Source of the DNA: a candidate division WOR-3 bacterium
GTDB taxonomy: Bacteria > Hydrothermota > Tepidihabitantia > SM23-42
DNA: 64,000 nucleotides
Assembly (NCBI GenBank): GCA_014859085.1
Contig: JACUUY010000001.1
Location: 2,896 to 66,895, forward strand
Direction of reading: 5' to 3'
Shown: positions 37,039 through 46,451 of the stretch, piece after piece
Layout: every line of letters starts with the position of its first letter
How positions within the stretch are numbered: the first letter of the stretch is position 1
Translations under genes and position numbers: made by a program
Notes under the pieces: generated by a model
What the model saw: the letters and a program-made list of their open reading frames with translations, nothing else
The model's database searches: none
Told to the model about the DNA's origin: nothing

Positions 37039-39108
37039 CTACAGGGCTCGTTTGATCTCGACGATAACGTATTCGATGCCATCGATCGTCATGCGGTCGC
37101 CATTTTTCTTGCCCAGCATGGACTGCGCGAGCGGGGCTTCATTGGAAATGACTTTGTTGGGCAGGTCAGTATCCCACCGGCCCAGTATCGCGTACTCGAC
37201 GACAGAATCGTCTGTCGTACTCTGCAGCTTTACTGCGGTGCCGATGCTTACGCAATCGGTCGCGACGATTGCCGGATCGATCACCTTCACATTCACCAGT
37301 TCCGACTCAAGAGCCTTGACCCGGGCATAAAGTTGGTCCTGACGCTCCTTGGCCGCCTTGTATTCGAAGTTTTCGCTCAGGTCGCCGTACTCGCGCGCCC
37401 GTCCGATCTCCTTTTTGTTGGCCGGTATGTCAACCACGAGCAATCGTTCGAGTTCGGCTTTCTTCTTGCTGAGCGCGGCGCGGGTCGAATAGATAGCGCC
37501 GGTTTTCTTTTCGGCAAGTTCTGGAAAGTGATAGTCGAGGATCCGCAGGTAACTCTTTTTCTCGTGCTCGCTCAACACGGTGCTGCTTTTCAGCGCATTG
37601 CGGATCCTCTGCGCTTCGGCGCTCTGCGCTTTGACCGCGACACTGTCGAACCGCTCGAGGGCGAGGATCTTTCGTGCCGTCGTCTTGACGCCGGGCACAT
37701 GTTCAAGACTGGCGATCAGTCTTGTGACCAAGGCCGGTGTCAAATACGCTTCGAGTCCGCCGGATTCGATCTTTCTCAGCATCCAGTGATAGTGTTTTGG
37801 ATACTGCGCCGGCATGGTGATTATCCGGTCGTAGATATCCTGCTGGACGGACGGCATGTCATCGAGATGATCGATAACCACATTGAGTAGCCGCGTATCC
37901 TCGGCGTCGAATATCATGCTTGTTGCGGTCGCCGCCCACTGGTCAGGGTATTTTTCTTTGACCGCGGACAGGAAACGGTCGCGATGCTGATGGTTGGTCA
38001 TTTCGCGTAGTATTTGCCCGGGGGTGTGCGATGATAGGAGATCGTCGATCGAATAACCGGGTTCTACTTCATGGCCGGTCTCCGCAAGCAGCATGAGGAT
38101 GTCCAGGGCAAGACCCGCGTGGTCTTTTTGCGTCTCCCTCCCCAGTTCGGCCAGATACGGCGCCAGCGATTCAAATACGGCGGGCATCATGCTGGCATAG
38201 TCCTGCGCCAGCCGGTACCGGTCATTTGGCCCCGCTTTGTGAAAGGCCTCGACCGCGTGGCGGGTCTTATCGGCGGTGGACCCGACATACGCGTACATCT
38301 TGGTCGTTTTCCCCTCGACCCTCACGTTCTCGTGTTTTTCGAGGATCTTGCGCACTTTCTCCCAGAATCGGCTCAGTTCATCATCTTCCACGACGCCTTC
38401 GAGCTGGGTCTTTATTTGAGATGCCGTCAGCGGTTCATTGAAACTGCGGAGCAGTGCGATCACCGTCTCGGCGGGCTGGGAGGATGCCATTGACCGCAGT
38501 CTTTCAATGTCATTCCTCTTGGCGTAGAGGAAATGTTGTTCATCGATCGGCGAAAGCAGTCCGCGCGCAACGTCGATTGGCAGGAAATGCTTCGGCTTTT
38601 TCTCGAAGTCCACGACGATCTCTCTTTTCTCGGGGATGACCGCGACGACCTCGCCCATGCCGTAGCGCTCGAAATAGAAGCACTTGCCGATGTCGTAGGT
38701 CATGTACTCATCGAATCTCTGGATGGCTTTCATGATCGGCCCGTCCGTCACCAGGCCGGACCGTTCGAGGTAATCTTCAAGATGCTGCGAACCATCATGC
38801 TGCCGGCGGTAGAGTTCGACGATCTTCTTCCGTATCGGCGGGCTCTCCTCGTGAAAATGGAGCAGGGCTTTTTGCACTTCGATGGCGCTTCGGTAATCGC
38901 GTTGTGCTTCAAGGTGTTCACCGAGCAATTCGAGCATGAGACAGGCCCGGGCCGATTGACCTCTGGTTTTCAACTCATTGGCAATATCGAAGTACTGGTG
39001 CAGCTTGACGTCTTTGTCGGTTATCAGGTCGGTCAGGATATCATCGAATTCATCAAAACTGCCGGCTTCAATGAGCTGCTTTGCCCGGTCGATACTAAGC
39101 ACGCTCAA
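37039..39108 (-). CDS. long GreA/GreB-family protein: about 530-aa helical N-terminal region of unknown function fused to a GreA-like C-terminal domain
   Basis: 689 aa. The C-terminal 150 aa carry GreA motifs (GDLSENFEYKAAKERQ...; FKBP-like fold KVIDPAIVATDCVSIGTAVKL...). Confidence 0.6.
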   Translation of the reverse strand: MSVLSIDRAKQLIEAGSFDEFDDILTDLITDKDVKLHQYFDIANELKTRGQSARACLMLELLGEHLEAQRDYRSAIEVQKALLHFHEESPPIRKKIVELYRRQHDGSQHLEDYLERSGLVTDGPIMKAIQRFDEYMTYDIGKCFYFERYGMGEVVAVIPEKREIVVDFEKKPKHFLPIDVARGLLSPIDEQHFLYAKRNDIERLRSMASSQPAETVIALLRSFNEPLTASQIKTQLEGVVEDDELSRFWEKVRKILEKHENVRVEGKTTKMYAYVGSTADKTRHAVEAFHKAGPNDRYRLAQDYASMMPAVFESLAPYLAELGRETQKDHAGLALDILMLLAETGHEVEPGYSIDDLLSSHTPGQILREMTNHQHRDRFLSAVKEKYPDQWAATATSMIFDAEDTRLLNVVIDHLDDMPSVQQDIYDRIITMPAQYPKHYHWMLRKIESGGLEAYLTPALVTRLIASLEHVPGVKTTARKILALERFDSVAVKAQSAEAQRIRNALKSSTVLSEHEKKSYLRILDYHFPELAEKKTGAIYSTRAALSKKKAELERLLVVDIPANKKEIGRAREYGDLSENFEYKAAKERQDQLYARVKALESELVNVKVIDPAIVATDCVSIGTAVKLQSTTDDSVVEYAILGRWDTDLPNKVISNEAPLAQSMLGKKNGDRMTIDGIEYVIVEIKRAL

Positions 39109-39148
39109 TTATATGCGGATATCGCCGGGATGCAACATGGACGTGTAG

Positions 39149-39180
39149 GAAGAAGCCCCGCCGCAGGCGGGGCTTCTTTC
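39149..39180. terminator. 14-bp GC-rich perfect hairpin (GAAGAAGCCCCGCC-GCAG-GGCGGGGCTTCTTC) 18 nt downstream of the 39198 gene end
   Basis: Palindromic stem read from the sequence. The U-tract is weak on both strands. Confidence 0.45.
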
Positions 39181-39197
39181 GATTCTGCCCGTTACTT

Positions 39198-40493
39198 TCA
39201 CGCCGTGACCGGTGCTTTCTTTCTTCTCGTTATGAGGGCGTAGATCACGCTGCCCGTGCCGATCGTAACCACGAAGTAGTAAACAAACCAGCTGAATACG
39301 AGTATTGGCGTCCCGATGAGCGTAACGATGATCGGAATGAGCATCAAGGCGAGCCAGCCAAGGCTGAATCTGCCGGCCTGGGTATCAACTTTCCAGCCAA
39401 AACCCCGGGACACGCGCTCGCCCACGACAAGTGCAAGCGCGGCAATGCCGAATAGCGCCGCCACAAAGACCGCAAGCGGGAGGAATACGATGAGCGGGAT
39501 GCCGATGATGGAAACGGCGAAGAGTATGATCAATGGGATGAAGAGGATCTGCAGGGCGATGCCGAGTCCCAATGAGGCCCATACGCTCTGCTTGATCTCT
39601 TCCGCAATGTACTCGGTCGCCGCCGGAAAGATCAGGACGATCAGGATATTGAGGACGAACAGCACGGCCAGCATGCCGAGCGACATGACACGGGGGAATA
39701 CCTTGACCCCGGGGACGACACCGGGCAGCCTGAACGTTCGGCTGATGCGCGGCAGGATCTTTTCCAGGGCTTTGATCTCAACCGATTCGATCTTACCCTC
39801 GACCACCGCGTTTTCGTCCCGCTCGACCGTTCCGCCGACCATGCTTATATTGCCCTGGACCACGGACGCCGAATCGAGGTACACCGTGCCGCCGACCACG
39901 TGCAGGTCGCCCTTGATCGCGCCCCGGTTTTTGATGTTGCCGCCAAATACCGCGGCATCGCCGTCAATGGTTCCGAACAAGTCAAGGTTGCCGCCCATGA
40001 CCGCGACATCACCTTTGACCATGCCTTTGATGTTCACGGTGCCGCCGAGCACGGCCAGGTCGCCTTTTATTACACCGTCGATCTGCGCGTTACCGCTGGT
40101 GATCGTAATATCATCGGCAACCGTATCGGTGTCGGGCAGGTAATAGTCGCCGCTGAACTTCAGCGCCGCAGGATCCGCGATGATCGTTCCAGGACCGGCG
40201 ATCTGAATATTACGCGCGTCATACTGATACGCAGCCGGACTCTGACCAGCGGGTTTTGCCGTGGCCAGGGTCACAGTATGGAGCGCGCGCTGCCGTCCGG
40301 ACTCTCGGTATGCCGGCCGCGGAGCCGTTACCGTAACCTCGGGCATAAGTCCACTCCAGGCGACATCTTCGTTGTTGTATCTAAGTGCCGTTACTTCGAT
40401 CTCCGGGAGCATACCGACGTATGCTTGATTATTGGCCAGGACCGGACCAGCCATGATCGCAATGATGAACAACATAGATCTCAGATATTGCAT
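39198..40493 (-). CDS. bactofilin-like/DUF4097-type beta-helix repeat protein with signal peptide and C-terminal polytopic membrane domain
   Basis: 431 aa. Repeats GDLAVLGGTVNIKGMVKGDVAVMGGNLDLFGTIDGDAAVFGGNIKNRGAIKGDLHVVGG, then about 6 TM helices. It is the last gene of an ECF sigma / anti-sigma operon. Confidence 0.5.
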   Translation of the reverse strand: MQYLRSMLFIIAIMAGPVLANNQAYVGMLPEIEVTALRYNNEDVAWSGLMPEVTVTAPRPAYRESGRQRALHTVTLATAKPAGQSPAAYQYDARNIQIAGPGTIIADPAALKFSGDYYLPDTDTVADDITITSGNAQIDGVIKGDLAVLGGTVNIKGMVKGDVAVMGGNLDLFGTIDGDAAVFGGNIKNRGAIKGDLHVVGGTVYLDSASVVQGNISMVGGTVERDENAVVEGKIESVEIKALEKILPRISRTFRLPGVVPGVKVFPRVMSLGMLAVLFVLNILIVLIFPAATEYIAEEIKQSVWASLGLGIALQILFIPLIILFAVSIIGIPLIVFLPLAVFVAALFGIAALALVVGERVSRGFGWKVDTQAGRFSLGWLALMLIPIIVTLIGTPILVFSWFVYYFVVTIGTGSVIYALITRRKKAPVTA

Positions 40494-41005
40494 TTTTTCT
40501 CCTTTTGCAGCGTGTTACCTAAGAAATAGATGAACAGAATACTCAAGACTATTCCGATCATCGGGTAGGCTGTATCGAACGGGATCCTGACGAACGGCGC
40601 CAGGACTTTAGTGAGCGAGGCGCAGACGATCGCGGCCTTGTCGTACAACCGAACAAGGGCCGGGACCGATGTTGCGAGACGGCCCAGCAGCTGTGCCGGG
40701 AGGGGTGAATGGAAGATGCAAATAAGGGTCGCAAGCCAGGCGCCGGTAACGACCGCGGCGGCCCTGGTCCAGACGTACTTCCTGACGAATCCGAGCCGGG
40801 CGAGGACGAGTCCGTTGAAATTGCGCCGGGGGTAGAACTCGGTGAGTTGCTTGAGCGAACGGTCCATACCCATCATCTCCTCATACAGGAGCGCGCATCC
40901 AGGGCAGTCTGTCAGATGTTTGTCCAGACTGCGTTGCTCGTCCGGGCTGATCTCCCGGTCCAGTTTCTTGTGGATTAGTCTTGCTATCTCTTCATGCTTC
41001 ATCAA
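40481..41005 (-). CDS. zf-HC2 zinc-finger anti-sigma factor with C-terminal TM helix
   Basis: 174 aa. HLTDCPGCALLYEEMMG H-x3-C-x2-C motif, with a TM segment near the C-terminus. Confidence 0.65.
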   Translation of the reverse strand: MMKHEEIARLIHKKLDREISPDEQRSLDKHLTDCPGCALLYEEMMGMDRSLKQLTEFYPRRNFNGLVLARLGFVRKYVWTRAAAVVTGAWLATLICIFHSPLPAQLLGRLATSVPALVRLYDKAAIVCASLTKVLAPFVRIPFDTAYPMIGIVLSILFIYFLGNTLQKEKKCNI

Positions 41006-41035
41006 TAGGTAATACGCAATAATCGCGGTCAGGTT

Positions 41036-41620
41036 TCATGGTTTGTTCCGTTTTCGGCAGACGATGTCGTGCAGCTTCTTTCGTGCCCGGTGCAGCCGGG
41101 TCTTTATGGTCGTGACCGGCAGGTTCATTATCCCGGCGATCTCTTGATAGGAATGTTCTTCTTTATGAAAGAGAATAACCAGCTCCCGGTCGACCGGCGC
41201 CAGCCGGGCAAGGGCATCGTCGACGATCTCAGCCCGGCGTTTTCTTTCGTATTCCGTGACCGGATCATCGCCGCCAGGATGCATTTCAACGAGGTACTCG
41301 GGCGGGGTCTTGTGCTTGCGGAAATAGTCGACGGTCAGGTTGTGGGCGATCGTGAACAACCAGGTCGTGAACGGCTTCGATTGATCGAACATTGCGAGCG
41401 ATCTGAAACACTTGATGAACGTGTCGAACGTGATATCTTCGGCGTCGTGGTAGTTATGGACCAGACGGTAGACGTAACTGAAGATCCTTCCTTTGTACAG
41501 GTTCAATATGGACTGGCAGGCGCGCTCTTCGCCGGTCAGCGCCTGCTGGATCAAGTCAACGGTATCGTCCTGATTATTCATGTCCGCGCCATGGGGATTG
41601 ATGCCCGGTCTGGGGCTCAA
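41036..41620 (-). CDS. RNA polymerase ECF-type sigma-70 factor
   Basis: 194 aa. Region 2 (DAEDITFDTFIKCF) and region 4 HTH (SYQEIAGIMNLPVTTIKTRLHRARKKL). Confidence 0.85.
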   Translation of the reverse strand: MSPRPGINPHGADMNNQDDTVDLIQQALTGEERACQSILNLYKGRIFSYVYRLVHNYHDAEDITFDTFIKCFRSLAMFDQSKPFTTWLFTIAHNLTVDYFRKHKTPPEYLVEMHPGGDDPVTEYERKRRAEIVDDALARLAPVDRELVILFHKEEHSYQEIAGIMNLPVTTIKTRLHRARKKLHDIVCRKRNKP

Positions 41621-41630
41621 CCGGTGGCGG

Positions 41631-42077
41631 TCAGTGGACGGCCCGCGGGCAGCCCTTGATCGTGCTTGCGATGTCGTGCCGGCCGGTCTTTGTCAGGTAA
41701 TCTTTGATTGCTTCCTGGATCGCCTGAACGCCCATGTTCGAGCAATGCATTTTAGCCGGCGGCAAGCCGTCGAGCTGGCATGCTACATCATCGCGTGACA
41801 TGGCAATGACCTCGGACAGGGTCTTGCCCTGCGCCATTTCGCTGGCCATCGATGCCACCGCGATCGCGGCCCCGCAGCCGAAGGTCTTGAAACGTATCTC
41901 CGCGATACGCGCCAGATGAGGATCATGGTTACGGGGTTCGACCTTGATATAGAAGGTCATCAGATCGCCGCATACCGGATTGCCGCATGTTCCGACGCCG
42001 TCGGCCTTTTCTATCTCACCGACATTGCGCGGGTTCATAAAATGGTCCATTACTTTTTCCGAATACTGCATCACCAC
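41631..42077 (-). CDS. nifU: Fe-S cluster assembly scaffold NifU/IscU
   Basis: 148 aa with GTCGNPVCGDLM...FKTFGCGAAIA and a conserved C-terminal Cys. Confidence 0.85.
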   Translation of the reverse strand: MVMQYSEKVMDHFMNPRNVGEIEKADGVGTCGNPVCGDLMTFYIKVEPRNHDPHLARIAEIRFKTFGCGAAIAVASMASEMAQGKTLSEVIAMSRDDVACQLDGLPPAKMHCSNMGVQAIQEAIKDYLTKTGRHDIASTIKGCPRAVH

Positions 42078-42104
42078 TCCTCGTCCATACCCATCCGCAT
42101 CCGT

Positions 42105-43274
42105 TCACTTCTTGTACAGCGGAGAGATCGCCCTGAGTTGGTCGACGATGGAGGGTAGCACCTCTATCACGCGATCGATATCCGCCTCGGTGTTGAACCT
42201 TCCCAGGGAAAAACGCAGGCTGCCGTGCGCCAGGTCATGGGGCAGGCCCATGGCAAGGAGCACGTGCGATGGTTCGAGGCTGCCCGAAGTGCAGGCTGAA
42301 CCGCTCGAAGCACAGATCTGCTCCTGGTCGAGTTTGAGCAGCATTGATTCGCCTTCCACGTACCGCACCGAAAAGTTGAGGGTGCCGGACAGCCGCTGGT
42401 CAGGATGGCCATTCAGGCGGATCTCGGTGATCGCCCCCTGGATTCCCTGCCACAGCCGGTCGCGCAGTCCTCTGATCCGCAATTCTTCTTCGGCCATATC
42501 GCTTGCGGCGATCTCGCATGCCTTGCCCAGGCCCGCGATCCCGGGTACGTTCTCGGTGCCGGCGCGCTTGTTCCGCTCGTGATGGCCGCCATGGACGAGC
42601 GGATCGAACCGTATCCCGCGCCGCGCAAAGAGCGCGCCAGCGCCTTTGGGTCCGTAGAATTTATGGCCGGAGAGCGACAGCATGTCGATCCCCATGGCCT
42701 GGACGTCGACCGGGATCTTGCCGGCCGTCTGCACGGCGTCGGTATGAAAAAGTGCGCCGTGCTGGTGGGCGAGTTTGCTTATCTCCTGGATCGGCTGGAT
42801 CGTTCCGACTTCATTGTTCGCGTGCATGACCGAGACCAGGAGCGCGTTATCGTCCAGGGCGCGGCCGAGAGAGTCCAGATCGACCGTGCCGTGCTGGTCG
42901 ACCGGTATCTTCACGAGTTCGAAACCGAACCGGCGCAGATAGATGCAGGGCTCGAGCACGGCATGGTGTTCGATCGCCGAGGCGATTATCTTCTTTCGCT
43001 TGTCCTGGGCCAAAGCGGTTCCCTTGATGGTGATGTTGTTCGACTCGGTGCCGCCGGACGTGAAATAGATCTCCTCGACCCGGCAGCCCAAGAGCGCGGC
43101 AGTCCGTGCGCGCGCTTCTTCTATTGCGCGGCGCGCCTGCTGGCCGGCTGAATGGATCGAAGAGGGATTACCTGCTATCTCGCTAAAATATGGGCGCATC
43201 GTTTCGAACACGCGTGGATCAACGGGCGTCGTCGCGTTGTTATCGAGGTAGATCTGGCGCGCTCCGTTCTTCAT
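42105..43274 (-). CDS. nifS: cysteine desulfurase NifS/IscS
   Basis: 389 aa. PLP-lysine motif SLSGHKFYGPKGAGALF and active-site Cys loop SSGSACTSG. Confidence 0.85.
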   Translation of the reverse strand: MKNGARQIYLDNNATTPVDPRVFETMRPYFSEIAGNPSSIHSAGQQARRAIEEARARTAALLGCRVEEIYFTSGGTESNNITIKGTALAQDKRKKIIASAIEHHAVLEPCIYLRRFGFELVKIPVDQHGTVDLDSLGRALDDNALLVSVMHANNEVGTIQPIQEISKLAHQHGALFHTDAVQTAGKIPVDVQAMGIDMLSLSGHKFYGPKGAGALFARRGIRFDPLVHGGHHERNKRAGTENVPGIAGLGKACEIAASDMAEEELRIRGLRDRLWQGIQGAITEIRLNGHPDQRLSGTLNFSVRYVEGESMLLKLDQEQICASSGSACTSGSLEPSHVLLAMGLPHDLAHGSLRFSLGRFNTEADIDRVIEVLPSIVDQLRAISPLYKK

Positions 43275-43275
43275 T

Positions 43276-44343
43276 TCAGAATTCCAGAACCTGGTAGTTC
43301 TTCAATGCTGTGTAGAAGGCGTTCCAGAAAGGATCGACCTGGGGATGTTCTAATTTTCTTTCTCGACCATCTTCGATCACGGATATTCCGTGTTCCGGCC
43401 GGGTCAGTTCGCCGACGATCGAAGCCTTTATACCTTTCCCGGCGAGGAGTGTGATCAGATCGCTGGCTTTGGGTTCGCGGCAGGTTACGAGCAGCGTTCC
43501 CTCGCTGATCGACTTGTAGGGATCGATCTTGAAGAGGTCGCAGATCTCGCGGACATGATCTTCCGCGACGATGAGCGATTTATCGATCCGCGCGCCCAGG
43601 CCGGCGGCCTGGGCGATCTCATAGATACCGCCCCATATGCCGCATTCGGTTGCATCGTGCATGGCCGAGACCCCATTGTCGCGCACACCGACACTCGCGG
43701 CGGTCAACGCGTCGTCGACGACCGACATCTTGAAGAACAGATCCTGCGCGGCCCGGGCGAATTCCTCGCCGTAGTGCTTGGCGATGTACCGGGGAAACAT
43801 GGTGGCGAAGATGCCGGCCGCTTCGATCGCCGGTCCCTTGGTAATGATCAACTGGTCGCCGGCCCGGGCGAACCTGGGCGTAACGTATTGGTCGAGGCCG
43901 CCGACTGCGAGCACGGTCGCGCCGCCGACCATGGGATAGTGGCAATTCTCGTATCTTGCCGTGTGGCCGCACACGATCGCCATGGACATTTTCCCGCTCT
44001 CGCGGTCGATCGTATTCCAGACCGTCGCGAGCTCGTCTTCGGTCATCGTGATCGGCAGATTGAGGTCGATCGCCAGATACGCGGGCGGCAGTCCTGACGT
44101 GACGACATCAGAAGCGAGGATGTGGATCGCAAACCATGCTGCCTTTTCCAGCCCGTACTCCGGGACAATGAAGACCGGGTCGCTGGTCATGGCAACGGCC
44201 TTGTTCCCGATTTCGATGATTCCCACATCGACCCCGTGCTGGGGCCCGACCAGTACCTCGGGACGGAACGCGCCGAGATGGGGGAAGATCAACTGGTTGA
44301 ATGCTTCGGCCGATATCTTGCCGATTTCAGGCAGTTTGACCAT
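43276..44343 (-). CDS. PurM-like (AIR-synthase-related) superfamily protein of unknown specific function
   Basis: 355 aa. N-domain pattern DVGIIEIGNKAVAMTSDPVFIVP...AAWFAIHILASDVVTSG resembles the ThiL/HypE/PurM family. It lacks the HypE C-terminal Cys and the SelD Cys/Sec motif. It sits between iscR and nifS. Confidence 0.45.
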   Translation of the reverse strand: MVKLPEIGKISAEAFNQLIFPHLGAFRPEVLVGPQHGVDVGIIEIGNKAVAMTSDPVFIVPEYGLEKAAWFAIHILASDVVTSGLPPAYLAIDLNLPITMTEDELATVWNTIDRESGKMSMAIVCGHTARYENCHYPMVGGATVLAVGGLDQYVTPRFARAGDQLIITKGPAIEAAGIFATMFPRYIAKHYGEEFARAAQDLFFKMSVVDDALTAASVGVRDNGVSAMHDATECGIWGGIYEIAQAAGLGARIDKSLIVAEDHVREICDLFKIDPYKSISEGTLLVTCREPKASDLITLLAGKGIKASIVGELTRPEHGISVIEDGRERKLEHPQVDPFWNAFYTALKNYQVLEF

Positions 44344-44379
44344 TGGGAGCCTCGTTCAAGATACACGCAGCGCGGCCTA

Positions 44380-44799
44380 TCATTCTTTGCTCTTTTCCTG
44401 CATGATGTCGTAGAGCGTCGACGAATCAAGGAACTCATCGATCGTGTCTTTCATTCTTTTCCAGTAACGCCGCATCGAACAATCTCCGGAACGAGCGCAG
44501 TTCGCGCCGGTCCCCGAATTCAGACAGTGCACCGGTGCGTTCGATTCACCGACCGCTTCCATGATCTCGGCGATCCTGATGGCCTTGATCGGCCGGCCGA
44601 TATAGTATCCGCCGCCCGGACCTTTCTTGCTCTTGACCAGGCCGGCGTGATTCAATTTCATGAATATCTGTTCAAGATACTTGGCTTTGATGCCCTGCCG
44701 GCTCGCGATCTCCCTGAGCGAAACGACGATGCCGGCCGGCTGGACCGCCAGTTCGAGCATGGCCTGTACTGCATAGGTCGTCATCGTGGTGAAGCGCAT
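44380..44799 (-). CDS. iscR: Rrf2-family transcriptional regulator (IscR-like)
   Basis: The start is placed at the ATG giving MRFTTMTTYAVQAMLELA (typical Rrf2 N-terminus); the track uses a TTG 15 nt upstream. Conserved Cys residues C..SG....C......C for Fe-S ligation. Confidence 0.75.
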   Translation of the reverse strand: MRFTTMTTYAVQAMLELAVQPAGIVVSLREIASRQGIKAKYLEQIFMKLNHAGLVKSKKGPGGGYYIGRPIKAIRIAEIMEAVGESNAPVHCLNSGTGANCARSGDCSMRRYWKRMKDTIDEFLDSSTLYDIMQEKSKE

Positions 44800-44804
44800 G
44801 GTAT

Positions 44805-44833
44805 ATTCTATCAAATTAGTAGGTTATTGTCAA
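44805..44833 (-). promoter_or_regulatory. sigma70 promoter (TTGACA, 17 nt, TAGAAT) 5 nt upstream of the iscR ATG; leaderless geometry
   Basis: Minus strand reads cTTGACAataacctactaatttgaTAGAATataccATG. Confidence 0.5.
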
Positions 44834-44863
44834 GTTCCTTCTGACCCGTGGTGTTCGCAGAAA

Positions 44864-44891
44864 TTGACTTGCTGTCTTGATTACGTATAAT
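44864..44891 (+). promoter_or_regulatory. sigma70 consensus promoter (TTGACT, 16 nt, TATAAT) 14 nt upstream of the ECF sigma ATG, with no Shine-Dalgarno sequence
   Basis: Plus strand reads gaaaTTGACTtgctgtcttgattacgTATAATagaaccgtaactttATG. It is divergent from the iscR promoter. Confidence 0.5.
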
Positions 44892-44905
44892 AGAACCGTA
44901 ACTTT

Positions 44906-45490
44906 ATGACCGATCGTTCGTCTTTACTCATGGGCAAGGATGTCAGCCGTGACGAGCTTGCCGATCTTGTCCGGCGCGGCAAGGAAGATGACGAAGCCGC
45001 GCTCGAGCGGTTGTCGATATATGTCTATTCACATGTGTATGCCTTTATGTACTACCGCGTTGCGCAGCCGGAAGATACCGATGATCTGACCAGCGAGGTT
45101 GTACTTAAGGTCATCAAGGGACTGAAGCAGCAGCGGGGCAATTTCAATGCCTGGATGTATCGTATCGCGCGCAACCGGCTGATCGATTTCTATCGTCGCC
45201 GCGCGATGCGTTCGGAGATCAGTTTGAACGATATCCCCCGGAAGGAATTGACGAAATCGGAGGATTTTAGCAAGCAGATCATGACAAGGGAGAAATTACG
45301 ACAAGGAATGGAGCAGTTGACTGAAGATCAAAGGCAGGTGATAATCCTGAAGTTCATCGAGGGTTATGCAAATAATGAGGTCGCCGAGATACTGGGCAGA
45401 TCAGTGGGCGCAGTAAAGGTGCTTCAATTCAGGGCGCTGAGGGCTTTGCGCGAGTACTTCTCAGGGCGAGGACATGCAGAAAAAAATTGA
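44906..45490 (+). CDS. RNA polymerase ECF-type sigma-70 factor
   Basis: 194 aa. Region 2 (NFNAWMYRIARNRLIDFYRRR) and region 4 (VAEILGRSVGAVKVLQFRALRALR). Confidence 0.8.
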   Translation: MTDRSSLLMGKDVSRDELADLVRRGKEDDEAALERLSIYVYSHVYAFMYYRVAQPEDTDDLTSEVVLKVIKGLKQQRGNFNAWMYRIARNRLIDFYRRRAMRSEISLNDIPRKELTKSEDFSKQIMTREKLRQGMEQLTEDQRQVIILKFIEGYANNEVAEILGRSVGAVKVLQFRALRALREYFSGRGHAEKN

Positions 45491-46271
45491 GGATATACTT
45501 GATCAGCTGATTGCTGATGTGAACGAGGGCAAGAACGTTGGAGATCGGCTGCGTGATCACGGCGCGTATGCTGATGAGCTGTTGCCATTATTAGAGTTAT
45601 ATAAGCAGATTGGCGGTTTGTCCAAACCCGAACCAGATGTCCATCGGGTGATGGCAACGGTCAGGAAAGCCCAGGCACTCTCTAAGGAGAAGCGGACGGC
45701 AAAACTCTTCGCAATACGGGACATATTCGTCTTCAGTCCGATGCTCGTCAGGATGACAGCGACCGTCGTGCTCGTATTGCTGGCCGCGATGACCACGGTT
45801 ATGCTGAGCGCCAATAGTCTGCCTGGCGATGCGCTCTATCCTGTGAAGCGAGTCGCTGAGCGCGTGCAGTATTCCATGACTTTCGACGCCGCAGGCAAGG
45901 CAAGGCTCCACGTGATATTCGCTGATAGAAGAACGAAGGAACTAGCGTGCTTCGTTGAACCAGGTCGGCCTCTCGATAGCGGATTACTGATCGATATGCT
46001 GAATCAAACAAGGCTCGCTATTGCCCACATAGAATTGCTGAATACAGAAGACGCGGCGCTGCTGATCGCGCAGGTTGCCAGATGTAACCGAACCCAGTTA
46101 GCCTTGCTGGAGCATGCTAAACAACATGCCGGCGAGCCGGACCGTGAGAGATTTGAGGAGGCCATCAGGGCATGCAGAGAACAGAGCGAGTGTATTGAAT
46201 GCATGCAGAATCCAAATTCCTCGGACAAAACGCATCGTCCGTGTGGCGCACCGCAGACCCGTGCCTATTAA
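45474..46271 (+). CDS. putative membrane anti-sigma factor (single TM, C-terminal extracytoplasmic domain)
   Basis: 265 aa. The start overlaps the end of the sigma gene. One TM segment (TVVLVLLAAMTTVMLSA). No recognisable catalytic motifs. The call is by context. Confidence 0.4.
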   Translation: MQKKIEDILDQLIADVNEGKNVGDRLRDHGAYADELLPLLELYKQIGGLSKPEPDVHRVMATVRKAQALSKEKRTAKLFAIRDIFVFSPMLVRMTATVVLVLLAAMTTVMLSANSLPGDALYPVKRVAERVQYSMTFDAAGKARLHVIFADRRTKELACFVEPGRPLDSGLLIDMLNQTRLAIAHIELLNTEDAALLIAQVARCNRTQLALLEHAKQHAGEPDRERFEEAIRACREQSECIECMQNPNSSDKTHRPCGAPQTRAY

Positions 46272-46451
46272 CATCCTCCAGGTAATCGTGTACTCCAGGC
46301 ATTACCCTGGCAGAACATGAGACAGTTCATCAAGAACATCTTCGGTTCGATATGAGGTTTTGCGCGTAACTTTTTTCTATAACGGGCGTCAGATACAGTA
46401 GAGTCAAACAAAGGGGAAAAGCATAGGAGCTATCCTATTCGTTCCTCCCAG

